Shown here in pieces: positions 1 to 8,968 of a stretch of 32,000 bases of DNA (positions within the stretch are counted from its first letter, which is position 1; every line of letters begins with the position of its first letter). The DNA lies in the NCBI RefSeq assembly GCF_000092465.1, contig NC_014205.1, forward strand, positions 570,001 to 602,000, in the 5' to 3' direction. The notes under the pieces are model-generated. The model searched no databases and was not told the DNA's origin. It worked only from the letters and a program-made list of their open reading frames with translations. A program made the translations under genes and the position numbers. The stretch is from Staphylothermus hellenicus DSM 12710. Lineage in GTDB: Archaea; Thermoproteota; Thermoprotei_A; Sulfolobales; Desulfurococcaceae.

Positions 1-749
1 TTGGCAAAGTTGTTGACAAGATCATTGATGCAATTGTGGAGAAGCCTCTTGAAGCAACAGATATTGGTAAAAGCATTAAGTCTGTAAATATTGATTTGTC
101 AGGTCTAATCGGTGGCTTAACAAAAGCATTTGTGATTGTTGTATCAATTGTTGCAGCAGTTGAGATTATAAATCTTGGAGGATTAACGGGTGAGCTAGTA
201 TACCAGATAGCATTGTATCTGCCCAAGCTAATAGGGGGAATAACACTTTTAACATTGGGCTTAATACTTAGCGTTGCTTTAGCGAGATATGTTGGAAAGT
301 TCCTGCATGCAATGTTTAAGGAGAAATATGCTGGACTAGCTAGTTTAGCGGAGAACCTTATATTGCTCGGCTTAATAACAGTTATATTAACTATATCGTT
401 GAACATTATGTTGCTGGAAGGATCCCTTATTTATCCATTAATACTTGGTATAATAATAATAGTTACTGGAGTATATGTAGCGGGAACAGTTGGATCAGTA
501 CTGGCTGAAACATATCCAACATATAAGAGACTAGCACCCTTCATAGAGTCACTGATAATATTGATATTTGTAGTGATCGGTGCAAGCGGTATATTCTCAC
601 AGTTCGTTGGAGCAACAAATGTGATAAACACAATAGCTTGGGGTCTAAGCATAGCATTTGCATTAGTACTAGTACCTGTCACATTCTACTATACTAGGCT
701 AGCATGGAGAGAAGCTATAAAATCAACGGAGGAAGCTAAAGAAGAGTAA
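1..749 (+). CDS. Polytopic membrane protein, probably 5'-truncated by the window edge (TM-helix-repeat-like)
   Basis: The reading frame is open from base 3 to the TAA at 747-749, and the track ORF 36..749 begins at an internal GTG. The translation has about 7 G/I/L/V-rich hydrophobic helices and a charged tail (REAIKSTEEAKEE). No catalytic motif was recognised. Confidence 0.6.
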   Translation, partial: GKVVDKIIDAIVEKPLEATDIGKSIKSVNIDLSGLIGGLTKAFVIVVSIVAAVEIINLGGLTGELVYQIALYLPKLIGGITLLTLGLILSVALARYVGKFLHAMFKEKYAGLASLAENLILLGLITVILTISLNIMLLEGSLIYPLILGIIIIVTGVYVAGTVGSVLAETYPTYKRLAPFIESLIILIFVVIGASGIFSQFVGATNVINTIAWGLSIAFALVLVPVTFYYTRLAWREAIKSTEEAKEE

Positions 750-884
750 TAGGCAATGAAACATGTACTTATTGACTAGTAAAGGCTAACTATAACTTTT
801 TTGTAAATAGCCTTATTCTGAACATTGTAAATAATAAGTATTTATGGAATTATTATTTTCTTAACTATAGAGTGGGAGGGTAAT

Positions 885-2435
885 GTGTATAGAAGAATAG
901 TGATTGTTGATGGATATAATGATGAGCCGGCAGGATTAGGTGTTCCTCCATATATTGATGTTTATCCTAGGCTTGTTGCTGGAGCGGTTTGGCTTGCTAA
1001 TAAAGATGTTGATATAATTTATTGGACTATCGACGAGGTTAGAAATAATATTGGATTATTCATTGATCAAGCTAGGAAATCCGATCTTGTAGTATTTATT
1101 GCGGGTCCAGAAGTTCCAGGGAAATATATTGGTGGAAAACCACTGAGTTATAAGGATGCTGAAAAACTATCTTTTCTCTTAAAAGATACTTTTAAAATAC
1201 TCGTCGGCCCCGCTGCGAGATACGGTTTTGGAGTAGGAGGAGGCTCCGTTGCTGTTGAGAGAAAAATACTATATAGGATATTCGATGAACTCGTATACGG
1301 TGATCCAGAAATATACTTTTATAACTTAGTCAAATATGGTGTTGAAAAAGCTGAGCCGTGGAAGCTTAGGGAAGACTATGAATTAGCTAATAAAGCATTG
1401 ATTCATGGAGCAAAAATAATTAAGCAGCATCCAAACCATGGTTGGAACTTAATAGTTGAAATAGAGACATTCCGTGGATGTCCTAGATGGATAGTTGGCG
1501 GGTGTAGTTTCTGTATAGAACCAAGATATGGTAGGCCATTGATGAGGAAGCCTGAAGACATTGTTAAAGAGGTAGAGCAACTATATAGGTTTGGAGCACG
1601 TCATTTTAGAATTGGTCGTCAACCAGATATACTAGCATATATGGGTAAAGGTGTTGGAGAAAGAGAATATCCTGAACCCAATGTTGAAGCTTTAAAGAAA
1701 CTATTTCATGGAATAAGAAATGTAGCATCAGGGTTAAGGGTTCTACATATTGACAATGTAAATCCTGGAACAATCATACATAATCCCGAAAAATCAATTA
1801 AAGCACTTAAGACAATTGTAAAATACCATACACCAGGCGATGTAGCCGCTCTCGGAATAGAATCTTTCGATGAAAAAGTTGTTAGGATGAATAATTTAAA
1901 AGTTTATCCTGATGAAGCATTAGTGGTTATTAGGATAATAAATGAGATCGGTAAGCATAGGGGTTGGAATGGTTTACCCCATCTGCTTCCAGGTATAAAT
2001 CTATTATATGGTTTGCCCGGTGAAACCAAGAATACATTCAGAACTAACTATGAATACTTGAAGAAAATATATAGAGAAGGATTACTTATTAGAAGAATAA
2101 ATATACGGAAGGTATCAGTACTGGAAAACACTCCTCTATGGATGCATAGAAAAACTGTGGAGCAATTGTTGAGAAAACATAGGAGACTATATAATATATA
2201 CCGAGTAAAGATCATGAATGAAATTGATCGTGGAATGCTTCAGAGAATAGCTCCAATAAATAGTATTATAAGATACCTATATACAGAGAAGCATATGGGA
2301 GAATACACTATTGCTAGACAGCCAGCTAGTTACCCTATAATAGTAAAAATACCTGGTAAGCTCCCGTTAAAGAAGATAGTTGATATTAGAGTTAGGAAAA
2401 TTGCTGCAAAGAGCATAATAGCTACTATAACATAA
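885..2435 (+). CDS. Radical SAM protein (YgiQ/UPF0313-like cluster motif, C-terminal TRAM-like beta segment)
   Basis: The GTG start is preceded by the Shine-Dalgarno-like GGGAGGG. FRGCPRWIVGGCSFCIEP resembles the RGCxGGCSFC radical-SAM iron-sulfur motif but carries a 5-residue insertion (C-x8-C-x2-C). It is a 516-aa ORF with no competing frame. Confidence 0.7.
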   Translation: MYRRIVIVDGYNDEPAGLGVPPYIDVYPRLVAGAVWLANKDVDIIYWTIDEVRNNIGLFIDQARKSDLVVFIAGPEVPGKYIGGKPLSYKDAEKLSFLLKDTFKILVGPAARYGFGVGGGSVAVERKILYRIFDELVYGDPEIYFYNLVKYGVEKAEPWKLREDYELANKALIHGAKIIKQHPNHGWNLIVEIETFRGCPRWIVGGCSFCIEPRYGRPLMRKPEDIVKEVEQLYRFGARHFRIGRQPDILAYMGKGVGEREYPEPNVEALKKLFHGIRNVASGLRVLHIDNVNPGTIIHNPEKSIKALKTIVKYHTPGDVAALGIESFDEKVVRMNNLKVYPDEALVVIRIINEIGKHRGWNGLPHLLPGINLLYGLPGETKNTFRTNYEYLKKIYREGLLIRRINIRKVSVLENTPLWMHRKTVEQLLRKHRRLYNIYRVKIMNEIDRGMLQRIAPINSIIRYLYTEKHMGEYTIARQPASYPIIVKIPGKLPLKKIVDIRVRKIAAKSIIATIT

Positions 2436-2476
2436 AATTATTTATTGAATAGATAATTTGCAAGGATGAGAAATAA

Positions 2477-2734
2477 TTGTCCGGAATCATATTTGTCAGG
2501 ATAAAACCAGGATATGAAAAAGAAGTTATGGATAAAATTCTAGGCATAGAAAATGTTAGCAGGGTATATAGAGTTTTCGGAGACTATGATCTAATAGTTG
2601 TTACTCAAGATATAAGTCTTGAAGAGTTAAAGAAAGTTATGGAGAAAATACGGTCAATAACATATGTATTATCAACATCTACACTAGTGGTTGTCTCGAA
2701 AAAGATAAAGAAACAAGTTGGATCTAAGAATTAA
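2477..2734 (+). CDS. Stand-alone Lrp/AsnC ligand-binding (RAM) domain protein
   Basis: This is an 85-aa ORF with a TTG start. The pattern IIFVRIKPGYEKEV...VSRVYRVFGDYDLIVV...LEELKKVMEKIRSI..V.STSTLVV matches the beta-alpha-beta-beta-alpha-beta RAM fold of Lrp/AsnC proteins, and there is no HTH domain. Confidence 0.6.
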   Translation: MSGIIFVRIKPGYEKEVMDKILGIENVSRVYRVFGDYDLIVVTQDISLEELKKVMEKIRSITYVLSTSTLVVVSKKIKKQVGSKN

Positions 2735-4500
2735 AATGGATAATTTTCTGTAGTTTCTAGGTTTTTATACTGGATTTTTAAATCATCATTAACTATATCA
2801 ATAATTATTTCTGGGTATCCATCTAGTAAGTTATGATTCATTGAAAGCATATCCTGATAGGCGCCGGTATCTAGGAATGCAATATAGTAGTTTTCATTTT
2901 TCCGGGGAATATGGAGAGGTATTCCTTTTAATCTTAAAGTTTTTCCAGGAATAAACATGAGTTTGTGATCCAGCGATGTAAATAGATCTTCTGTTCCGGT
3001 TTCAATATTACTTGGTAGAGAAGTCGCGAATGCGCTATACTCGCCCATACTATCACATGTAAGATCGCTTATTACGCCTAAGACCTCTGGTTTTTCATTA
3101 AGCCTCTGTAATGGGGTAACTTTGAAATATTGGTCTGCAACAATTGTATCTGGTAAGTGTGAAAATAATGAGAATGATGCAAAGAATCGATGGCTAGGCT
3201 TCACTAGTTCTTCGAATACAAAATTAGGTGTTCTAGTCAACTCCTTTAATGCATTATCCTTATCCTTAGATATTATTTCGTATGCCTTACATGTTATTGC
3301 CTTGGTTATCGAGCCCAACAATTTTTCAAGCATTCTCCTAGTCTCAATATTAATAGGAGATTTAATCATTAGCCTAGTAATTATTTCTCTAGCCCTCCTC
3401 GACACATATACGAGTTCCTTAATATTCTCTGCATTCTTAATTTCCTCAACAATAGGATAACTTGTCTCATCATCCTCGGGGGTAGAATAAGGCCTGGTAT
3501 CTATTATTTTTGTAACAGTTATTCGATGTGGAGCAACAATATATCTTCCTCCCTCAAAAACTATACCAGGTATATTCTCTGCTGATTCAACCACTTCCTT
3601 AACCAAAATTTCTGCATACTCGTTCAAGCTATAATTAGATGAAAACATATGATCAGATGCTTCAACATAGGGATACGCAAGACCGCCGCCGAAATCAATG
3701 TATCTAATATTCTTAAAACCAGTGTTCACTAAGCTATTATATAGGGTTATTGTTTCTCTAATTATATTCTCTAATTTGTTTTTATCAGTAATTTGTGATC
3801 CTGCGTGTACATGTAATAAAACTGTTCTGCCCGGAATCCATGGATGTTCTTTAATTATTTCATCTAATGTGTTAATTAATAATCCAAACTTGGAGTCTAA
3901 ACCGCTTGAATGGCTCCATAAACCGGAGCTTTTAGAGACAACTTTAATTCTCAAACCAATATTTAGGTCTCGGTATTTCGATAATAGGTCGGCGTCTCTC
4001 ATGCTTTCGATATCTACAATTATTTCCCAGTTATCATTCATTTTTACAAGTAGATCAAGTATTTTATTATCTTTAATACCATCAACAACTAGGAGCCTTG
4101 GTTTTTTATTTGTGTATTTTGAGAGAAGTTTTATTTCAGGATATGTTCCAGCATTGAATCCCCAATTATATTTTACACCATATTGCCAAATAGTATCAAC
4201 AACTATGGTAGTGGAATTGGATTTCAACGGATACACTGGTTTAAATTCTCCTTCGTACCCGAACTTTCTAAATGCTTCCATGAATGCCTCGTAGACTTTA
4301 TCCATCATGTATCTAATGATTGGTAGTATACGTATATGTGCTCCTGGCAGTTTCTTCTCTGACAATAGTTTTGCTAGGTCTATCTTGTACCCCTTAAGTT
4401 TAACTATGAGCCTACCCCTTTCATCTATATCTAAATACTTGGACCATATATTCCCTGTTAAACCATATAATTCCCTCGCTAACTCCTTATCCCAAACCAT
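2731..4500 (-). CDS. speA: PLP-dependent biosynthetic arginine decarboxylase (SpeA-type, Orn/DAP/Arg decarboxylase family 2)
   Basis: The 589-aa ORF has the expected motifs in order: VYPLKSN (PLP lysine), HVHAGSQ, DFGGGLAYPY, FEGGRYIVAPH, CDSMGE. It also has a SpeA-like N-terminal extension (WDKELARELYGL..YLDIDERGRL). Its stop overlaps the convergent RAM-domain gene by 4 nt. Confidence 0.75.
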   Translation of the reverse strand: MVWDKELARELYGLTGNIWSKYLDIDERGRLIVKLKGYKIDLAKLLSEKKLPGAHIRILPIIRYMMDKVYEAFMEAFRKFGYEGEFKPVYPLKSNSTTIVVDTIWQYGVKYNWGFNAGTYPEIKLLSKYTNKKPRLLVVDGIKDNKILDLLVKMNDNWEIIVDIESMRDADLLSKYRDLNIGLRIKVVSKSSGLWSHSSGLDSKFGLLINTLDEIIKEHPWIPGRTVLLHVHAGSQITDKNKLENIIRETITLYNSLVNTGFKNIRYIDFGGGLAYPYVEASDHMFSSNYSLNEYAEILVKEVVESAENIPGIVFEGGRYIVAPHRITVTKIIDTRPYSTPEDDETSYPIVEEIKNAENIKELVYVSRRAREIITRLMIKSPINIETRRMLEKLLGSITKAITCKAYEIISKDKDNALKELTRTPNFVFEELVKPSHRFFASFSLFSHLPDTIVADQYFKVTPLQRLNEKPEVLGVISDLTCDSMGEYSAFATSLPSNIETGTEDLFTSLDHKLMFIPGKTLRLKGIPLHIPRKNENYYIAFLDTGAYQDMLSMNHNLLDGYPEIIIDIVNDDLKIQYKNLETTENYPF

Positions 4501-4649
4501 CAGGCTTTATCCCTGGAAGACAATGATTATCATAACATATTATGAGTTAATATAAGGGAAAATAACTTTTACTTAGCTAGGAGTAATTAGGATAGGGGTC
4601 TGAGTATTTAACAAATATTCTTATATGCATATATAGTTGAGGGAGATGA

Positions 4650-5360
4650 ATGTTTATGAGCATACAGTTAAGAGATAGAGTTAATGCTTATATCTTGAAT
4701 GTTGAAAAAGCACTGGATCAAATAGATAAGTCAAAACTTGGAGATATGGAGAAAAAGCTTGTTGAGATAGCAGAAGCCTACCTATCGGATGCTAAGTATT
4801 ATTTTGATAAAAACGATTATGAGACCAGCTTAGCTTGTATAGCTTATGCTGAGGGATTAATTGATAGTCTTAGGTATCTTGGTAAAACCAATATATCCTG
4901 GGAACCATTATCAAAGCTTCTAAATAGGCCGAAAGTACTAGTAGCTGGAGGATTCGAAATAATTCATCCAGGACACATTTATCTCTTCAAGAAAGCATGG
5001 GAGAAAGGAAGAGTATATGTGGTTGTAGCCCGGGATAAAAACTTTAAGAAATTCAAGAAAAGAGAAGCAGTAATACCTGAGAATCAGAGGCTTAAAGTTG
5101 TAGAAAATGTTAAATATGTCTACAAAGCTGTTCTCGGAGATGAACACGATTATTTAAAACCAGTAGAGAATATTAAGCCTGATATTATATTATTAGGGCC
5201 TGATCAGTGGCCTCAGGAAGAGGAGTTGAAAAAAGAACTGGAAGCAAGGGGGTTATCGGGTGTTAAAGTGGAAAGGCTAGATAAAAGGATAGATGAGAAC
5301 TTATATAGTGTATCGAGAATTATTAGGAAAATTATTGAAACCCATAAATGTAATCAATAA
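4650..5360 (+). CDS. ribL: CTP-dependent FAD synthase (RibL-like cytidylyltransferase domain) with an N-terminal DUF357-like helical domain
   Basis: The C-terminal half has VLVAGGFEIIHPGHIYLF (GxFxxxHxGH nucleotidyltransferase signature). This is followed by VVARD..IPENQRLKVVENVKYVYKAVLG..KPDIILLGPDQ, the pattern I recall for archaeal RibL. The N-terminal ~90 aa are helical with no catalytic motif. The start could be ATG 4650 or ATG 4656. Confidence 0.6.
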   Translation: MFMSIQLRDRVNAYILNVEKALDQIDKSKLGDMEKKLVEIAEAYLSDAKYYFDKNDYETSLACIAYAEGLIDSLRYLGKTNISWEPLSKLLNRPKVLVAGGFEIIHPGHIYLFKKAWEKGRVYVVVARDKNFKKFKKREAVIPENQRLKVVENVKYVYKAVLGDEHDYLKPVENIKPDIILLGPDQWPQEEELKKELEARGLSGVKVERLDKRIDENLYSVSRIIRKIIETHKCNQ

Positions 5361-5391
5361 GGTTTATCCGTGGAGAGTATTCTAACTTGTT

Positions 5392-6147
5392 TTATCCTTC
5401 ATTGTTTTCTTTACTTAAAGCTTGTCTATAGTATTGTTGCCTTAAATGTTTATACTCAATGTATTCCTCAACGCTCTTAGAAGCAATTTTCCTGAGTACT
5501 TCAAGGTCTACATCGTTTTTATACCATTGTTTTCTTTCCTTTAACATTTTAGCTGCTATTGTAACTATAAATCCCACATTGTATGAGTCACGGACTGCTT
5601 GTTCATCATTTAATACTTCCTTCGGAGAGTGGTGATATGCCAGTGCCCAAGGAGGTATATGGATCCCCATACTGTTCATTACAACCATTAGATAAGCTAT
5701 CTCTAAAATACTTCCACTATCGTTTCCTACAGCAATGAATCCAGCTACTTTTCCCTCAAGAAGGCTTCTACCCGTATGGATTATCATGTTCTCCATGCTT
5801 GTCATTCTATCTATTAAGTTTTTCAGTTTACCTGGGACATTATACCAGTAGATCGGGGATACTATGATGAAACCGTCACTTCTCAGTATTTTTTCGCCAA
5901 GCATATTGAAGTCGTCATCTCTTATTATGCATGGAAACCTGCATATTTTTGGATCATCCGATACGCATCCCATACACTCTTTTATATTGTAGTCGTACAA
6001 GAAGATCTTCTCGGGTTTTCCTCCAGCATCTAATACTCCTTTCTCAGCTATCGTGGATAGCTTCGTGGAATTACCGTATTTTCTCGGAGACGCGTTTATA
6101 ATTAATATATTTATTTCTTCTTTAGACAATATAGTGTCACCCCTCAA
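5392..6147 (-). CDS. NADPH-dependent FMN reductase-fold / iron-sulfur flavoprotein (Isf-like)
   Basis: The N-terminus (LIINASPRKYGNSTKL) is flavodoxin-like. A cysteine cluster, CMGCVSDDPKICRFPC, sits where Isf proteins bind a [4Fe-4S] centre. The ORF is 251 aa. Confidence 0.6.
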   Translation of the reverse strand: MRGDTILSKEEINILIINASPRKYGNSTKLSTIAEKGVLDAGGKPEKIFLYDYNIKECMGCVSDDPKICRFPCIIRDDDFNMLGEKILRSDGFIIVSPIYWYNVPGKLKNLIDRMTSMENMIIHTGRSLLEGKVAGFIAVGNDSGSILEIAYLMVVMNSMGIHIPPWALAYHHSPKEVLNDEQAVRDSYNVGFIVTIAAKMLKERKQWYKNDVDLEVLRKIASKSVEEYIEYKHLRQQYYRQALSKENNEG

Positions 6148-6226
6148 CTCTTATTGTATTAGTAAATATTATACATATAACATAGTTGATTCCAAGTAAG
6201 CTAAATAAGCTAAGAGATATTAAAGA

Positions 6227-8749
6227 TTAAAGCTTTGACTTGATCTTATATGCTAAGTCTAGAAGCATCTTTGCAAGTTTTTCCGCTCTTTCCTGATTAT
6301 CTGATTCAGCAATTATTTCTATTAATGGCTCGTTCGGTAATGGCCTAATATATCCTGATCCGAGATTTTCCTCGACAATTTTAATACCATCCAACGTATC
6401 TATTTCTTTTTCTTTTAATTCCTCATATATGATGCGCATGAATCTTCCTCTCTGCGCGTAGGGGACAACTATTGTTTTCTTTATCACCGTTGTTTTTGGT
6501 AGTTGTTCGAGAAGTGTGCTTAGATTATAACCTGTTGATCCAAGGTATTCCAGTATTAGAAGTGATGTAAATATTGCATCTGAGCCATAGTGTAGCCATG
6601 GATAAATTATTCCTCCACGCTCATCTGCAGCCATTAAAATGTTTTCATTAATATGCTCCGATAAACCCATTAATCCCTGTTCTGCAAATATAGTTTCTCC
6701 ACCATATTCTCTAATAGTATCTATTACTACTCTTGAAGAATTATGTGGAATAACTATTTTTCCTCTCCCACGAGTCTCCAATAATATTTTTGCTACTAAA
6801 GCTATGAGGTGATCTCCTGAAACTACTTTTCCCGAATCAGTTATTACAATCAACTTATCCGCATCACTATCATAAATGAACCCAGCAGATAAACCTAGGA
6901 GGGGGATGATTTTTATTGCTGAATCAACGCTTGCATGTATAAATGGTTCTCGAGGAGGCATTATTGGGGATTGTTCGTTACAGTTTACTTGGTAAACCGT
7001 TAATCCCAGCTCCCTTACAAGTCTTGGCCATAAGCTTCCTGCCGAGCCATAGTTGCAGTCTATTAGGACTCGTCCCTGTTCGCGTATGTTTTCGAACGAT
7101 ATATGTGTTGATATATCCGAAATATACTGATCTATATGATCTATTGTTGGGTAAAGATCTCCTACTTGGTCTCCGAGAACCTTCCTAAATGCTTCTTTGA
7201 AGAATATATTCTCGATCTTCTTAGCCATCGTTCTAGTTATGAATTTACCTGTGTGATCAAATATTTTAATACGTATTCTCAACGGATCATATACTAACGA
7301 GCTAACATGTATTCCTCCTTTAAGTTTTTTCTTTTTTATATAATTTGTTAATACTGGAAGCGGTGATACTTCTAGATCATATACGTTTATTCCTGAACTC
7401 ATTAATCCCGCTACGATGCCGTGTTTTACTATTCTACTACTAGCATAGGTGTCTCTTGCAACAACTACTGAGCTGTTCCTGGGAAGGGATGATCCGAAGG
7501 CTGAACCTATTCTGGATGCTAATTCAGGAGTTATCTCTATGTTTAATAAACCAGTTATTCCCCACGGCTCTATTAGTGTTTTATACCATCTAATCCCCCA
7601 TTTAATATTTATTGATACGATAGTATATGGATCTATTATTTTTGAGGGCCAAATCTTAATGTTGGGCCTTATAATCGAGCCTCTGCCAATTCTTGTATCA
7701 TCACCTATTACCGCTCCCTCCATAATAGCGACGTGGTCCCTTACATGTACGTTATTACATATTATTGAGTCAATTATTGTTGATGCTGGACCAATATAGC
7801 TATAGTCCCATATAATTGATTTCTCTATTCTTACTCCGCTCTCTATAATATTGTTTGATCCTATAACTGTGAAGGGCCCTATAACAGTGTTTTTCTTTAT
7901 TCTCGTATCTTTTCCGATGACAACGGGAGGAATAATGTTGTCAATATTATCTATACTAGTGTTTTCGCCAACATATACTCCTTTAGCAACTTCCGAGCCC
8001 AACATACTTGTATCGATTTTTACTTTACCAGATAATATATTGTTATGAGTATCCTTATACTGGTTTATGCTTCCAATATCGCTCCAATAATACTTGTCAG
8101 CTCTCCACCCATAAACTGGTTTACCGGATCTTAACAGTTTAGGAATTAAGTTCTTGGCGAAATCATATTCTTCGTTTGGAGGAATCATTTCTAGTGCTTC
8201 AGGTTCTATAATATAAATACCCATATTGATTAAATCACTAAATACCTCGGACCAACTGGGTTTTTCTAGGAATCTCCTAACTCTGCCTTCTTCATCTAGT
8301 AATGCTATACCATATTTTGTGGGATCATCTGTTTTCCTCACAGCCATTGTAAAAATTGATCCTTTCCTCCTATGGTATTCCAGCATTTTTTCTAGATCAA
8401 TATTTGTGAAAACATCTCCGCTAATAACAATTATTGTTTCATCCCAGCCATATCTATCTACTAAGAATCTCACACCTCCAGCAGTGCCTAAAGGTTTTTC
8501 CTCAATACTATAGTATATTTTAACACCAAATTCTGAGCCGTCTCCAAAATATCTCATTATAGTGTTTGGTAGATAGTGGAGGGTTACACCAATATCTTTA
8601 AAACCCTTAGTCTTTAACAAGTGAACCACATGCTCCATTATGGGCTTATTAACTAGTGGAACAAGAGGCTTAGGCCTATTAACAGTTAACGGTCTGAGAC
8701 GAGTTCCTTCTCCACCAGCCATAATTACTGCCTTAACCAAACCATACAC
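6227..8749 (-). CDS. Fusion protein: sugar-1-phosphate nucleotidylyltransferase + left-handed beta-helix + phosphohexomutase (PMM/PGM)-like domain
   Basis: The N-terminus VIMAGGEGTRLRPLTVNRPKPLVPL is the NTP-transferase signature. The middle contains hexapeptide-like repeats (VIGKDTRIKKNTVIGPFTVIGSNNIIESGVRI...). The C-terminal half has the phosphohexomutase metal loop FIYDSDADKLIV and an RP..EP phosphate loop, but a degenerate Ser loop (see findings). The start is GTG 8749, or possibly TTG 8740. Confidence 0.75.
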   Translation of the reverse strand: MYGLVKAVIMAGGEGTRLRPLTVNRPKPLVPLVNKPIMEHVVHLLKTKGFKDIGVTLHYLPNTIMRYFGDGSEFGVKIYYSIEEKPLGTAGGVRFLVDRYGWDETIIVISGDVFTNIDLEKMLEYHRRKGSIFTMAVRKTDDPTKYGIALLDEEGRVRRFLEKPSWSEVFSDLINMGIYIIEPEALEMIPPNEEYDFAKNLIPKLLRSGKPVYGWRADKYYWSDIGSINQYKDTHNNILSGKVKIDTSMLGSEVAKGVYVGENTSIDNIDNIIPPVVIGKDTRIKKNTVIGPFTVIGSNNIIESGVRIEKSIIWDYSYIGPASTIIDSIICNNVHVRDHVAIMEGAVIGDDTRIGRGSIIRPNIKIWPSKIIDPYTIVSINIKWGIRWYKTLIEPWGITGLLNIEITPELASRIGSAFGSSLPRNSSVVVARDTYASSRIVKHGIVAGLMSSGINVYDLEVSPLPVLTNYIKKKKLKGGIHVSSLVYDPLRIRIKIFDHTGKFITRTMAKKIENIFFKEAFRKVLGDQVGDLYPTIDHIDQYISDISTHISFENIREQGRVLIDCNYGSAGSLWPRLVRELGLTVYQVNCNEQSPIMPPREPFIHASVDSAIKIIPLLGLSAGFIYDSDADKLIVITDSGKVVSGDHLIALVAKILLETRGRGKIVIPHNSSRVVIDTIREYGGETIFAEQGLMGLSEHINENILMAADERGGIIYPWLHYGSDAIFTSLLILEYLGSTGYNLSTLLEQLPKTTVIKKTIVVPYAQRGRFMRIIYEELKEKEIDTLDGIKIVEENLGSGYIRPLPNEPLIEIIAESDNQERAEKLAKMLLDLAYKIKSKL

Positions 8750-8771
8750 CCAATTATTTAAACAATAATTA

Positions 8772-8852
8772 GTTTATCAGTAACGCCGACCATCTTCACT
8801 GCCCAACAATTGTGAGAGCGGGCTCCGACACGGGTTCGCTCATCACTTCTCC
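8772..8852 (-). ncRNA. Box C/D sRNA candidate (2'-O-methylation guide)
   Basis: A GC-rich island lies in AT-rich spacer. The minus strand reads GUGAUGA(C, 8846-8840)-12 nt-CGGA(D')-24 nt-GUGAAGA(C')-12 nt-CUGA(D, 8780-8777). The two 12-nt box-to-box spacings are exactly those expected for archaeal C/D guides. A TATA-like ATATAAAA lies about 25 nt upstream on the minus strand. Confidence 0.6.
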
Positions 8853-8968
8853 ATTATATATGTTTTATATGGGTTAAATACTCGATTACTACGGTATTGC
8901 TAAGGGTAAATGTAAAATTCAACAAGGAACAAATATATAATTGTATAATGATAGAGATTGGTGATATT

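Noticed and set aside
3122-4555. Plus-strand ORFs 3122..3460, 3698..4294 and 4307..4555, antisense to the speA-like gene.
   Set aside because: These are shadow ORFs of a well-supported 589-aa gene. Their translations are low-complexity and Ser/Leu/Ile-rich with no motifs.
6943-8513. Plus-strand ORFs 6943..7188, 7449..7799, 7851..8048 and 8226..8513, antisense to the 840-aa fusion gene.
   Set aside because: These are shadow ORFs opposite a motif-rich gene, with no independent support.
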